Shown here one piece after another: positions 22,152 to 33,102 of a stretch of DNA of 41,223 bases. How positions within the stretch are numbered: the stretch's first letter is position 1; each line of letters opens with the position of its first letter. This stretch comes from Octopus bimaculoides. Its lineage: Eukaryota. The translations under genes were made by a program, and so were the position numbers. The notes below the pieces were generated by a model, which worked only from the letters and a program-made list of their open reading frames with translations, made no database searches and was not told the origin of the DNA. The DNA lies in assembly GCF_001194135.2 (NCBI RefSeq), contig NC_068984.1, forward strand, positions 20,791,712-20,832,934. Direction: 5' to 3'.

Positions 22152-22891
22152 ATTCAGCATAATTTCCACTTACCAAATTTCGTTCTAAAGGTATTGCCCA
22201 AACAGATCTATAGTAAAAGATACCGAAGGTACCATGTCGTTGTGAAACGAACTTTTTAGCTACACACACACTTTTATTTCTACTGGTATATTCATTCATT
22301 ATAGAATCTATAGTGCAGTGAAAAAGCTATTGTGCATCATTCATTGGGACTGTGGGTTCAACTCTAGCTATATGCGGTTTTCTCTGATATAAAAATAAGT
22401 GTGTAGTATAGCATATTAAGATTTGTGAAAGCTCTATCCACATTGCTGTCTTGTATTTGAATAATAATTATTGATAGATTTTGTTTGATATCGTACAATG
22501 GTTAAGATTGTTAACTTTTTGATGTGAATGTAAAAGATATTGATAATAATTCTGAAAGTACAAGTTACGAGTATATAACAAAGAATGAAGTTTTCACAGA
22601 TATTCTTCTAATATTTAATCTTCAGTACTACCTATGTGGGTTTTACAGTATATCAGAATCAAACGCTGCAGAAAAAATACAATTTCAGAAGTAATTATGC
22701 ATTTCACGTTTCTTTATAAACTTCCAAGATTCTTACAGTTTTCAAAGTACTGAAACTTTCACTAGTATAAATTATTCTAATTTGAATATACATATATATA
22801 TATATAACACCCAAGTCTGTAATTACCAATTATCAACTCTATGTTTGGTGAATTGTATGTACTTTGAAAAATTTGTTTGGTGAATAGTATA

Positions 22892-23370
22892 CAAGGGGAT
22901 ACCCAAAAGAAACCGGTGTTTTGCAATATTATTTCATCCACTTAGTTTTACATGTTTATGCTTTTACCGTCTTCAAAGTATTTTCCATTTGAAGCACTGC
23001 ATCAGTCCAGACGCGTTTTCCACTCTTCGAAGTAGTCCTGGAACTCTTGCGAAGTGATGCTTTTGACGTCTCCGTCGTTTTTTTCTTCATTTCTTCCACA
23101 TCTGCAAAATGTTTTCCTTTAAGGATATTTTTCATTCAAGGAGACAAAAGAAAAAAACAGAAAAGTCGCAGGGATCAAGATCGGGTGAATAGGGAAGGTG
23201 GGTAAGCGGGTTCATGCCATTTTGGGTAAAAAAAAACTGTCTCACCCTCAAGGCAGTGTGCGCAAGTGCATTGTCGCAATGAAACCATCACTTTCGACTA
23301 TGCCACAGATCGAGGCGTTTTTGTCTCACCCCATCTCACAAATGCTTTAGAACTGCCAAATACATTTAAT
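22892..23370 (-). mobile_element. Mariner (DD34D-type) 3' fragment with one TIR
   Basis: TA at 22890-22891 then TIR-like CAAGGGGATACCCAAAAGAAACCGG; minus-strand remnants YLAVLKHL*DGVRQKRLDLW, CDNALAH, HLPYSPDLDPCDF, LKGKHFADVEE, NGKYFE. Confidence 0.9.
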
Positions 23371-23371
23371 A

Positions 23372-23453
23372 ATTCCTCTATTGGAGCAAATTTGGCTTAC
23401 AGCTGTTTCCAGTAATCATTATAAGCAAACCAAATTTGCTCCAATAAAGGAAT
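23372..23453. repeat. 82-nt inverted repeat (24-bp arms, 23/24 match)
   Basis: ATTCCTCTATTGGAGCAAATTTGG ... CCAAATTTGCTCCAATAAAGGAAT. Confidence 0.9.
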
Positions 23454-24177
23454 GATATGTAATGACCATTATTTTAAATTTGTTTCTTATATATTACTCT
23501 GCGTAAAAACCAGTTTGTCTGAAGCCTATCCACGGGTTTCCAATATAGAATTGTGATGAACTAGAACCATGAACCCTACCAGAAGATTACTTTGAGTTCT
23601 TCACTAATCTACGTAATCTTTGCACAGGTACAGGGGGAAGATAAGGAAATTCGGCGTTTTATCACCTGCGCATCTGTCAATATGTCATTTTTATGTGAAT
23701 TAGCCGGCTTAGTGAAAAAATGTACGAACACAAGCTTCCACAACTGGAATTAAAAGATGGTCGAACTTAATAAAATTTCAGATCTTTTCTAAATAATATA
23801 ATGATGTATTTCGAAAAGGTCAATGTTGTTGTATATTTTCATCGTTCATTTTAAACGTTGGCATTTCATCATTGTCTTCATCTGTGTAGTTTTTCTTTTA
23901 AAGACGATTGAATTTGTGGCAGGTATTTTTTCCGCCATATTTAGAAGATCGATTGACCATGTAGATGATCCGCTATTGGCCCACAGTAGTTATGTAAGGT
24001 TTATATCGTTGTCACTTTTATTAGATAATTGTAAAGAAGCTTCCACATGATCATTTTACCTAATTAGAAATAACAGCCAGATTTCTCAAATCATACCCAA
24101 GCGGAACGATGAACATTTTAGCTCGGTGTATCGAAATTTCAATTTCTTTAACATTAATTTTATTGAACGGGCACTTA

Positions 24178-24314
<137 letters not shown>

Positions 24315-25031
24315 GAATTAGAAATAGAAAATCCTTGGTACAGTAATATATATTTCAAAAACGGTGATGACTTTTCTGATAGTATTTCTACTTTATTAAT
24401 TAGATGCTTAATGATTTATAAACTATTAAAGTGGAAAAATTATCAGAAAACCCATTTTTATTCTGCTTTTTCCCCCCAAATATACGTATATATAAGCTTA
24501 GATAAATGCTTATAGATAAGCTTTTTATAACATTAGATATTTGTTCAAAATCCATCCTGTGTCACTACTGCTGGCATGTCACAGGCTCACCACCATTAAC
24601 ATAACATCTTGTAAAAAAAAAAAAATCGAAGGACGTATTCTGTATTCTATACCTGAAACAATGAGATGGTCACGGTTAGAATATCATTAGGTGGATTTCC
24701 TTGATGAGAACAACAATGATTAGCATGACAACAACGAAATATATTTTATCATCTAGAAGAATCATTAAACATAAGGGACGGCCATACGAATTCTTCCGCC
24801 CTTACATAACTGACGTAAAGTATCATGACGCCATAAAAAAGTTATTTTTATTACCAAATAGGGTGACAGAATGACAGTGAACAATATGGAGAGATCAATG
24901 AATATTAATTTACTTTTTCAAGTATTCGTCTCCCACACATCATCCTTCAGACATTAAAATACAATAAATACAATTGGGAAAAACTAGAATCGGCAGTGCT
25001 AATTAAATTATACTGATTTGTGTGTATTATA

Positions 25032-25072
<41 letters not shown>

Positions 25073-25426
25073 CGTGCGTGTGCTTGTATGTGTGTGTAAG
25101 TATATATTATTAATGTAAGTATGTATATATGTAAGTATATATTATTAACACATGCATGAATGCATATATTTGTATATATGTATACACACGCACGCACGCA
25201 CACANNNNNNNNNNNNNNNNNNNNNNNNNNNNNNNNNNNNNNNNNNNNNNNNNNNNNNNNNNNNNNNNNNNNNNNNNNNNNNNNNNNNNNNNNNNNNNNN
25301 NNNNNNNNNNNNNNNNNNNNNNNNNNNNNNNNNNNNNNNNNNNNNNNNNNNNNNNNNNNNNNNNNNNNNNNNNNNNNNNNNNNNNNNNNNNNNNNNNNNN
25401 NNNNNNNNNNNNNNNNNNNNNNNNNN

Positions 25427-25467
<41 letters not shown>

Positions 25468-25489
25468 ATGTATGTATGTATAAGTATAT

Positions 25490-25645
25490 AGCCGAATCTT
25501 TAAGAATTTCGTTTCGCAACCATAAGGAACTAGGTTCAATCCCACTGCATGTCATCTTCAGTAAATATATTTTCGATAAACCTCGGGACCACTTGTTCCT
25601 TGTGAGTAAAATTTGGTGGACAGAAATTGTATAAAAACCTGTTGG
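25490..25645 (+). mobile_element. Degraded 5' half of tRNA-derived SINE family D
   Basis: AGGTTCAATCCCACTGC B box...CCTTGTGAGTAAAATTTGGTGGACAGAAATTG, homologous to 27201-27357. Confidence 0.65.
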
Positions 25646-25851
25646 ATAAGTTTTACCAGTATTTCAAAAGAACACCTCTGTCGTACATAGTATCCCGTTG
25701 ATTCAGTCAGAAGAATTTCGCTTATGGTATATGTACGAATGGAATACACGCTAACTCAAGGACCAGGTAATTCAGCTGAGTTCATATCTGAAACTACAAT
25801 ACACTTCAGCAAAACCGACACAGATCCTTTTAAGCCCAACCACCCATTCGC

Positions 25852-25891
<40 letters not shown>

Positions 25892-26302
25892 ATGTCTGTA
25901 TGTGTGTGGGGATAGTGGTGGTGGTGGTGGTTATGGTGTGTGTGTATGATATATTTACATATATACATATTTACATAGTTATAGTTTCAATAGTGATTGT
26001 CTTGTCTCTCTTCTATCACTTGTTCCTTTTAGCTATTTGTGTAGGCGTTTCACACACTTGGCTATTCGTTTTACTTCTTTGAAAACAGATGAAATCTGCT
26101 GTCATAGGAATGGAGTTTATTATGTTCATACATGTCTGTGTGTCTGCTCTATTGTGACCATGGTTCCTTTTTATTTAAATAAACGTGAAGGTTAATGTAA
26201 GTTACGAATCATAATAGATTTAATGTGTTTAAAAACCAGTTTCGCACAGTTAGTATTCTAAGAAAGTTATAAATGCACAGGTATGAGTGTGTGTGTGTGT
26301 GC

Positions 26303-26340
<38 letters not shown>

Positions 26341-27160
26341 NNNNNNNNNNNNNNNNNNNNNNNNNNNNNNNNNNNNNNNNNNNNNNNNNNNNNNNNNNNN
26401 NNNNNNNNNNNNNNNNNNNNNNNNNNNNNNNNNNNNNNNNNNNNNNNNNNNNNNNNNNNNNNNNNNNNNNNNNNNNNNNNNNNNNNNNNNNNNNNNNNNN
26501 NNNNNNNNNNNNNNNNNNNNNNNNNNNNNNNNNNNNNNNNNNNNNNNNNNNNNNNNNNNNNNNNNNNNNNNNNNNNNNNNNNNNNNNNNNNNNNNNNNNN
26601 NNNNNNNNNNNNNNNNNNNNNNNNNNNNNNNNNNNNNNNNNNNNNNNNNNNNNNNNNNNNNNNNNNNNNNNNNNNNNNNNNNNNNNNNNNNNNNNNNNNN
26701 NNNNNNNNNNNNNNNNNNNNNNNNNNNNNNNNNNNNNNNNNNNNNNNNNNNNNNNNNNNNNNNNNNNNNNNNNNNNNNNNNNNNNNNNNNNNNNNNNNNN
26801 NNNNNNNNNNNNNNNNNNNNNNNNNNNNNNNNNNNNNNNNNNNNNNNNNNNNNNNNNNNNNNNNNNNNNNNNNNNNNNNNNNNNNNNNNNNNNNNNNNNN
26901 NNNNNNNNNNNNNNNNNNNNNNNNNNNNNNNNNNNNNNNNNNNNNNNNNNNNNNNNNNNNNNNNNNNNNNNNNNNNNNNNNNNNNNNNNNNNNNNNNNNN
27001 NNNNNNNNNNNNNNNNNNNNNNNNNNNNNNNNNNNNNNNNNNNNNNNNNNNNNNNNNNNNNNNNNNNNNNNNNNNNAAAGTCTGGAACTTATTCTGTCGT
27101 TCGCTTTTGCCGAACCGCTAATTTACGTGGACACACCAACACTGTATGTCAAACAATGGT

Positions 27161-27200
<40 letters not shown>

Positions 27201-27204
<4 letters not shown>

Positions 27205-27357
27205 GACGGGCTTCTTTCAGTTTCCGTCTACCAAATCCACCCACAAGGCTTTGATCGAGCCGAGACTATAGTAGAAGACACTTACCCAAGGTGCGACGCA
27301 GCGGGACTGAACTCAGAACCATGTGATTAGGAAGCAAGCGTCTTACCACGCCTGTGC
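27201..27357 (-). mobile_element. 5' half of tRNA-derived SINE family D, joined to internal (TG)n
   Basis: Minus strand head TGGTAAGACGCTTGCTTCC...GAGTTCAGTCCCGCTGCGTCGCACCTTGGGTAAGTGTCTTCTACTATAG...GGTAGACGGAAACTGAAAGAAGCCCGTCGTAT. Confidence 0.8.
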
Positions 27358-28026
27358 CAATACATATCCGACGCAATACATAGCGTTTATAAGTTTAAAC
27401 TTATAAAAGTCATGTATCGTTTAAATGATCGCTCGTTTTAGGTATTATGCGAAATTACAGGAACAAAAATGATTTAAAGTTCCTTATCTGTTCTGTAATA
27501 ACAAATGCAAAAGAGGTCTTAAATGCGATGGACATTTCAATAAAAAGTAAAAAATGAAATGATGAGGGGAAACTAAAGAGAAGAACCGCTGAACGAAAAA
27601 GAAAATAAGATGAAAAATATGGGTGTACATATGTATATACATGGGTGTGCATGTGTGTATGCGTGTGCGCGCGTGTGTGTAATACTGGCGCGTTAACTGA
27701 TTTGTTTCACTGGTCTGTACTACAGAATGTATCTATAGATTTTTAGACAACGATATGCGTATCTCTCTTGTCTCTTTTTACATCCAGTATTCAGGTGAAC
27801 AAAAATAAAAAGGGATCGACCAAACTAATTTCAATACTTGTGTCGGGATTTCATCAACGGCTGTTGACTCTGAGACTTCTTTATCCACAGAGATACTGGC
27901 TGAGAATTACGTTAAATTGTATAGGTGTCCATGGAATACTAAGACACCTACATGTAATTCATTCAATGCACTGGTAATTCAATTCATCGAAAACTGAACA
28001 TTTATCATTGAAACCGCATCATTCCA

Positions 28027-28058
<32 letters not shown>

Positions 28059-28893
28059 NNNNNNNNNNNNNNNNNNNNNNNNNNNNNNNNNNNNNNNNNN
28101 NNNNNNNNNNNNNNNNNNNNNNNNNNNNNNNNNNNNNNNNNNNNNNNNNNNNNNNNNNNNNNNNNNNNNNNNNNNNNNNNNNNNNNNNNNNNNNNNNNNN
28201 NNNNNNNNNNNNNNNNNNNNNNNNNNNNNNNNNNNNNNNNNNNNNNNNNNNNNNNNNNNNNNNNNNNNNNNNNNNNNNNNNNNNNNNNNNNNNNNNNNNN
28301 NNNNNNNNNNNNNNNNNNNNNNNNNNNNNNNNNNNNNNNNNNNNNNNNNNNNNNNNNNNNNNNNNNNNNNNNNNNNNNNNNNNNNNNNNNNNNNNNNNNN
28401 NNNNNNNNNNNNNNNNNNNNNNNNNNNNNNNNNNNNNNNNNNNNNNNNNNNNNNNNNNNNNNNNNNNNNNNNNNNNNNNNNNNNNNNNNNNNNNNNNNNN
28501 NNNNNNNNNNNNNNNNNNNNNNNNNNNNNNNNNNNNNNNNNNNNNNNNNNNNNNNNNNNNNNNNNNNNNNNNNNNNNNNNNNNNNNNNNNNNNNNNNNNN
28601 NNNNNNNNNNNNNNNNNNNNNNNNNNNNNNNNNNNNNNNNNNNNNNNNNNNNNNNNNNNNNNNNNNNNNNNNNNNNNNNNNNNNNNNNNNNNNNNNNNNN
28701 NNNNNNNNNNNNNNNNNNNNNNNNNNNNNNNNNNNNNNNNNNNNNNNNNNNNNNNNNNNNNNNNNNNNNNNNNNNNNNNNNNNNNNNNNNNNNNNNNNNN
28801 NNNNNNNNNNNNNNNNNNNNNNNNNNNNNNNNNNNNNNNNNNNNNNNNNNNNNNNNNNNNNNNNNNNNNNNNNNNNNNATATATATATATATA

Positions 28894-29013
28894 GCCATGA
28901 TTGACCGCTAGCTCCCAAAGTCTTTTTATTCTCTTTGTTTTTTTTATCTTGTTCCTTTCTGTTGAAGGCTCGAAACGTAAAAGGCTTTCTCACATTCCCG
29001 TGCGTTAAACTAA
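28894..29013 (+). mobile_element. Hammerhead-like repeat family 1, copy 2 (stem II deleted)
   Basis: CCTTT-CTGTTGA-AGGCTC-GAAAC-GT-A-AAAGG at 28954-28984, then CTTTCTC...TTCCCG.GCGTTAAACTAAT as in copy 1; preceded by (TA)n. Confidence 0.6.
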
Positions 29014-29636
29014 TTGAATTTGATTTTCATGTATTTTGATTGAATTCTGATTTTCATATATCACATTTTCTTACACACACATGAACACGCACATGCACGG
29101 ACACACTTTTATGTGTAGGTATGAATATGCATATATTTACACATTTATACACTAAGCGTCTATTTGTACAAAGGTTTCAAAATCAATTGATAGGACTTCT
29201 ATTGGCTTCTCATCAAAGATATCACCTGAGAAACAAAAATAATTTCTATTGGATTTGAAAGTTTTGTGCAACAGTTGTGTGCTAGTAGTGTATAAATAAA
29301 ATATTTACCTCTGTATTTTAATGTATTGAGTGCTTTCTTGTCTGATTGGTATTATAGTTTTAGTATTTAGATTAAGATAATCATCTCTCTTTACCTCTCT
29401 TTCTACATAAACACACAAACACACACACACACGCGCGTATCTATGTATAATATATCTTGTGTGTATAAATAGATGTACGACTGCTACTCTGAAGTTTAGA
29501 GTTTCACGTAGATTATCTTTGTCCATTTTGCTTCCAGTATAATGGCTAATCAACTACTATACTCAATAGTATTACTAGTTGCAAAATACAAAGTAAATGT
29601 AGGAGAAATTACGATGAGCACAAATTTATGTTATTA

Positions 29637-29729
29637 GGTCCTGTGTTCGTTTCACCATTATGGTCGCTTGGAACTTTGTATTGCTCCAAGTGCATTTGAA
29701 TGCTTAATCAGAGTGGATCATCAGGGAAC
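29637..29729 (-). ncRNA. Hammerhead-like family 2, copy B (cleavage site degraded)
   Basis: Minus strand GTTCC-CTGATGA-(64 nt)-GAAA-C-GAAC-AC-A-GGACC; shares identical 18-nt and 17-nt blocks with copy A. Confidence 0.5.
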
Positions 29730-29759
29730 ACTCTATAGCATTAAGTTACAGGAAACTAA

Positions 29760-29812
<53 letters not shown>

Positions 29813-29848
29813 GTATGTCTGTCTGTCTGTGTAGTGCGCGCGCGCGCG
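29760..29848. repeat. Compound (ATCT)n-(GTCT)n-(GC)n microsatellite
   Basis: Direct inspection. Confidence 0.9.
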
Positions 29849-31489
29849 TTATTACCTTGCGATTTCATGCGAAGACACCATTTTCACTGTACAGAGAGTT
29901 TGTGATTTTAGACTTAGTTGCCATTTTTCCATTGCATCGTATTACACTGACACTAATGTCATAATACCGTGATTTTTGATCAAGTTTTACATTACTGTAA
30001 TTTGATATTTGATGTGATGTAGTTTCGATCTTTTGAAAGAAAAACAGCGTTTGAGGAAAATTCATTGTACTAACGGTATTTGAAGACTATCTTTGCAACG
30101 AATCGGAGTTTCCAGAAAAAAAAAACAACTTTTATATTTATCTTCATCTACAACTGAAACTACGTTCGGAAAATGTGACGGTCCTGGACACTTAGATATT
30201 AAGGCACGTTTTTAAACATTGAGGGTATTAGTTAAAATATATGAACATTTTGTTAGGGTTTTCATGAATACTTATATTTATAATAGCCGAGGTTCAACGT
30301 CTCGTCAGATGGCATTTAACTTTATTGTTGCATTCTGATATAAAAGGTCTCTCACTCGTTTTAGATGATAATGATACCAGTGCCACGTGACCATGATTTT
30401 AGATCAAGTTGCTATTTTTACATTGCAAAGTTGTTATTTTTATTTTAGAACAAGTATGACAAATCTAGTCTTCTGGAAGGATATGTTTCAGGTAAAATTA
30501 TTATATTGGAATATATTTTTGTTGGCTGATTTAATTTTATTTAAAGCTCTTCTTTTCAATTAATTCTAAACTTCATAAACAACAATTTATATTTCTTAAT
30601 ATATCCCTGTTATTACCTTCGATAAAAGTAATTGTGAACTTTAGACGAACACACGCATTGAATTGTATTTATGTGCATCCCTTTAGAAACGGCCGTAGAC
30701 ACCTTTATATTTGACAACACATTGTAATGACAAAATGAAGTTTCTTTTAAACATTTTGGGTATTAGTTAAAACGGAAAATTGTATGAACCTTCTCTCCAG
30801 TTTTAACTTAAGAAAAGTCAAGAGAACACTTTACTCATGAATGTTAGCTTACAACTAATTATATAATATACTTTATTTAATTTATACTGTGTTCAACAGT
30901 ATTGTTGCTTTTATATATTATTTAAAGTATAAGTGTTTAGTCTCAACACTATAATATAAATATCAGATTATATATGTTTTCTGATCAATAATTATGTGTA
31001 TTGTATTCATATTTCTAAGTTTTGGGTTTACTTCTATTATATTTGAGAATTTAAAAAAATGATTTTATGCTTCCATGTAACTTGATTTATCCAAAAAATT
31101 ATTATATTATTGTTTAATTGCACAATAACCAAAACCAAGAATATCACTTATAGTTAATCTATACGTCACAGCTGTTTTCTGTGTTGAAATATATTTTGAC
31201 TCCCGTATTAATAATCGTAACTCCAGTTTTGTACTGCTCTGAATACATTTTTATGAAAATGAACATAGTAGGTTTTAATTTTATAACGATAATGTATCAC
31301 CATTAAGTGTCACTGTAGATTCATTAAATATAATTCGAATATTTATATGGAAAAAAGTCATTATTAAGATTAAATTTTAAAGAAGACCTTAGGTTTGCGA
31401 ATAATGTGTATAACGATGACTACATCATGCACAGTATCATAGTTCCAGATTGAGATATGATATCCACAAGTACTTATATGTGCATTTAG

Positions 31490-31883
31490 AGGCGCAGGCA
31501 TACTGCGTGCTTAACAAGTTTGCTTTCGAATCCAGTCCCAATACGTAGAACCTTGGGGCTGCTATAACAAATCAACTGATCAATATATATATATANNNNN
31601 NNNNNGTGTGTGTGTGTGTGTAATTATATATATATGTATATGTAATTATATACATAGACTTGCATACACACACATAAGTGTGTCTTTGTGCTTCTGTATG
31701 TCCCCTCTCCGATTTACCAGCGGTAATGATTTGTTTACGTCCTCGTAACCTAGCGGTTTCGGCAATAGAGACCGATAAAATAAGCACTAGACTAAAAGAA
31801 TGAGTACTGGGGACGATTTATTCAACTAAACCCTTCAAGGCAGTGTCCTAGTATGGTCGCAGTTCAATGACTGACACAAGTAA
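31490..31883 (+). mobile_element. SINE family D, near full-length degraded copy with internal microsatellite
   Basis: Head GGCGCAGG...CCAGTCCC...CCTTGGG; internal TA/TG; 3' half TTTACGTCCTCGTAACCTAGCGGTTTCGGCAA...GGTCGCAGTTCAATGACTGACACAAGTAA. Confidence 0.7.
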
Positions 31884-33029
31884 CATATAGAAGATATTCT
31901 TTTAATTACATCAGTCTAAAATTGATCATCATGATGCAATCTATATTCACTATAGGTAATATTTAAACATATTTTGTTGATTTCTGATAGTCTTTAGGCT
32001 GTATTTACAAAACAATGGTTTTTGTACTTGTTCTTCAATAAAGGTTAATGGTACCGTTAAACTATTTGACCACAAATTAAAGGTTTCACATAAAAAGAGT
32101 GTACTAAGTTGGTTTTCAAATTTAGAGAAATATGCTATAAGCCTCACATTTTCATTAAGAAATGGTGGTTAATAGCCAGTAACTGAAACTTCCATGCTGG
32201 CATGGGTTGGACGGTTTGATTGTATTATAATTGTAAATACTAATATTGTCCTTCTTCCTGCTCCAAAGAAGGATGTGGCCCCAAAATGCCACTTGAACTT
32301 TGTTCAATTTGAAAATTTTCCCAGGTATAAGGACTTACAGCACATTTGGATGAGCTGTAGAGTTTCGTTGCACTCGCCTGACCTCGCCACCGGCCATATA
32401 AGAGCTACAATAATTTTAATTCACCCTTCCCCCACATCTATGCATACAATTGATTCCATATTGTCTTTTCAACAATCTATCCTTAACTGATTACCAAAAA
32501 GGAACATTTATCCATTCGTGTATCCCGTAAGAATGTGACCAGCGCTGATCTCTTGATGTTAATATTAATGAATACTGCTTAAAGTATCCAGGGGAAAAAA
32601 AAAGAAGAAAAAGTGTGTAGGTGATTCTAACATTAATTTTCCTCTGCTCTATAGATTTTAACATAAAGCCATGGCATTTCCTCAGTAGGGCTAACAAGGA
32701 ATTCCTTGCAGGATGAACAACACTGCAGACAAAATAGCCACATGGGAATACAGCCGTTGACGACAATTTTCTTTGTGATTACAGTAGTCTCTTCAGTGCT
32801 TAGTGATAGCTATGTAAACCATATTGCAGACGTAGAGATTCTCGTATCCATGAATGGGAGTCAGAATCAAATACATTCTTACAATCTAGCCATAAAGTCA
32901 GCAAACTTCGAAAATGCTGCGTCCATTTCTTAGGGATGTCTCTGTTAACGAGAAGCTATTTAGCACGGCCCGAAGCGCTTTTCCCTTCTGGCTGTTCATA
33001 GTCATGTATGTATCTATGTATATTATAGA

Positions 33030-33055
33030 CGCGCGCATGCGCACGCACGCGCACG

Positions 33056-33101
<46 letters not shown>
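33030..33101. repeat. Alternating purine-pyrimidine (CG/CA)n tract
   Basis: Direct inspection. Confidence 0.9.

Positions 33102-33102
<1 letters not shown>

Noticed and set aside
27921-27950. 8-bp inverted repeat TAGGTGTC/GACACCTA
   Set aside because: Short enough to be expected by chance in 41 kb; likewise the small hairpins near 6615-6640 and 15330-15348.
33030-33050. GCGCATGCGC NRF1-like motif
   Set aside because: Embedded in a (CG/CA)n microsatellite, where the motif arises trivially.
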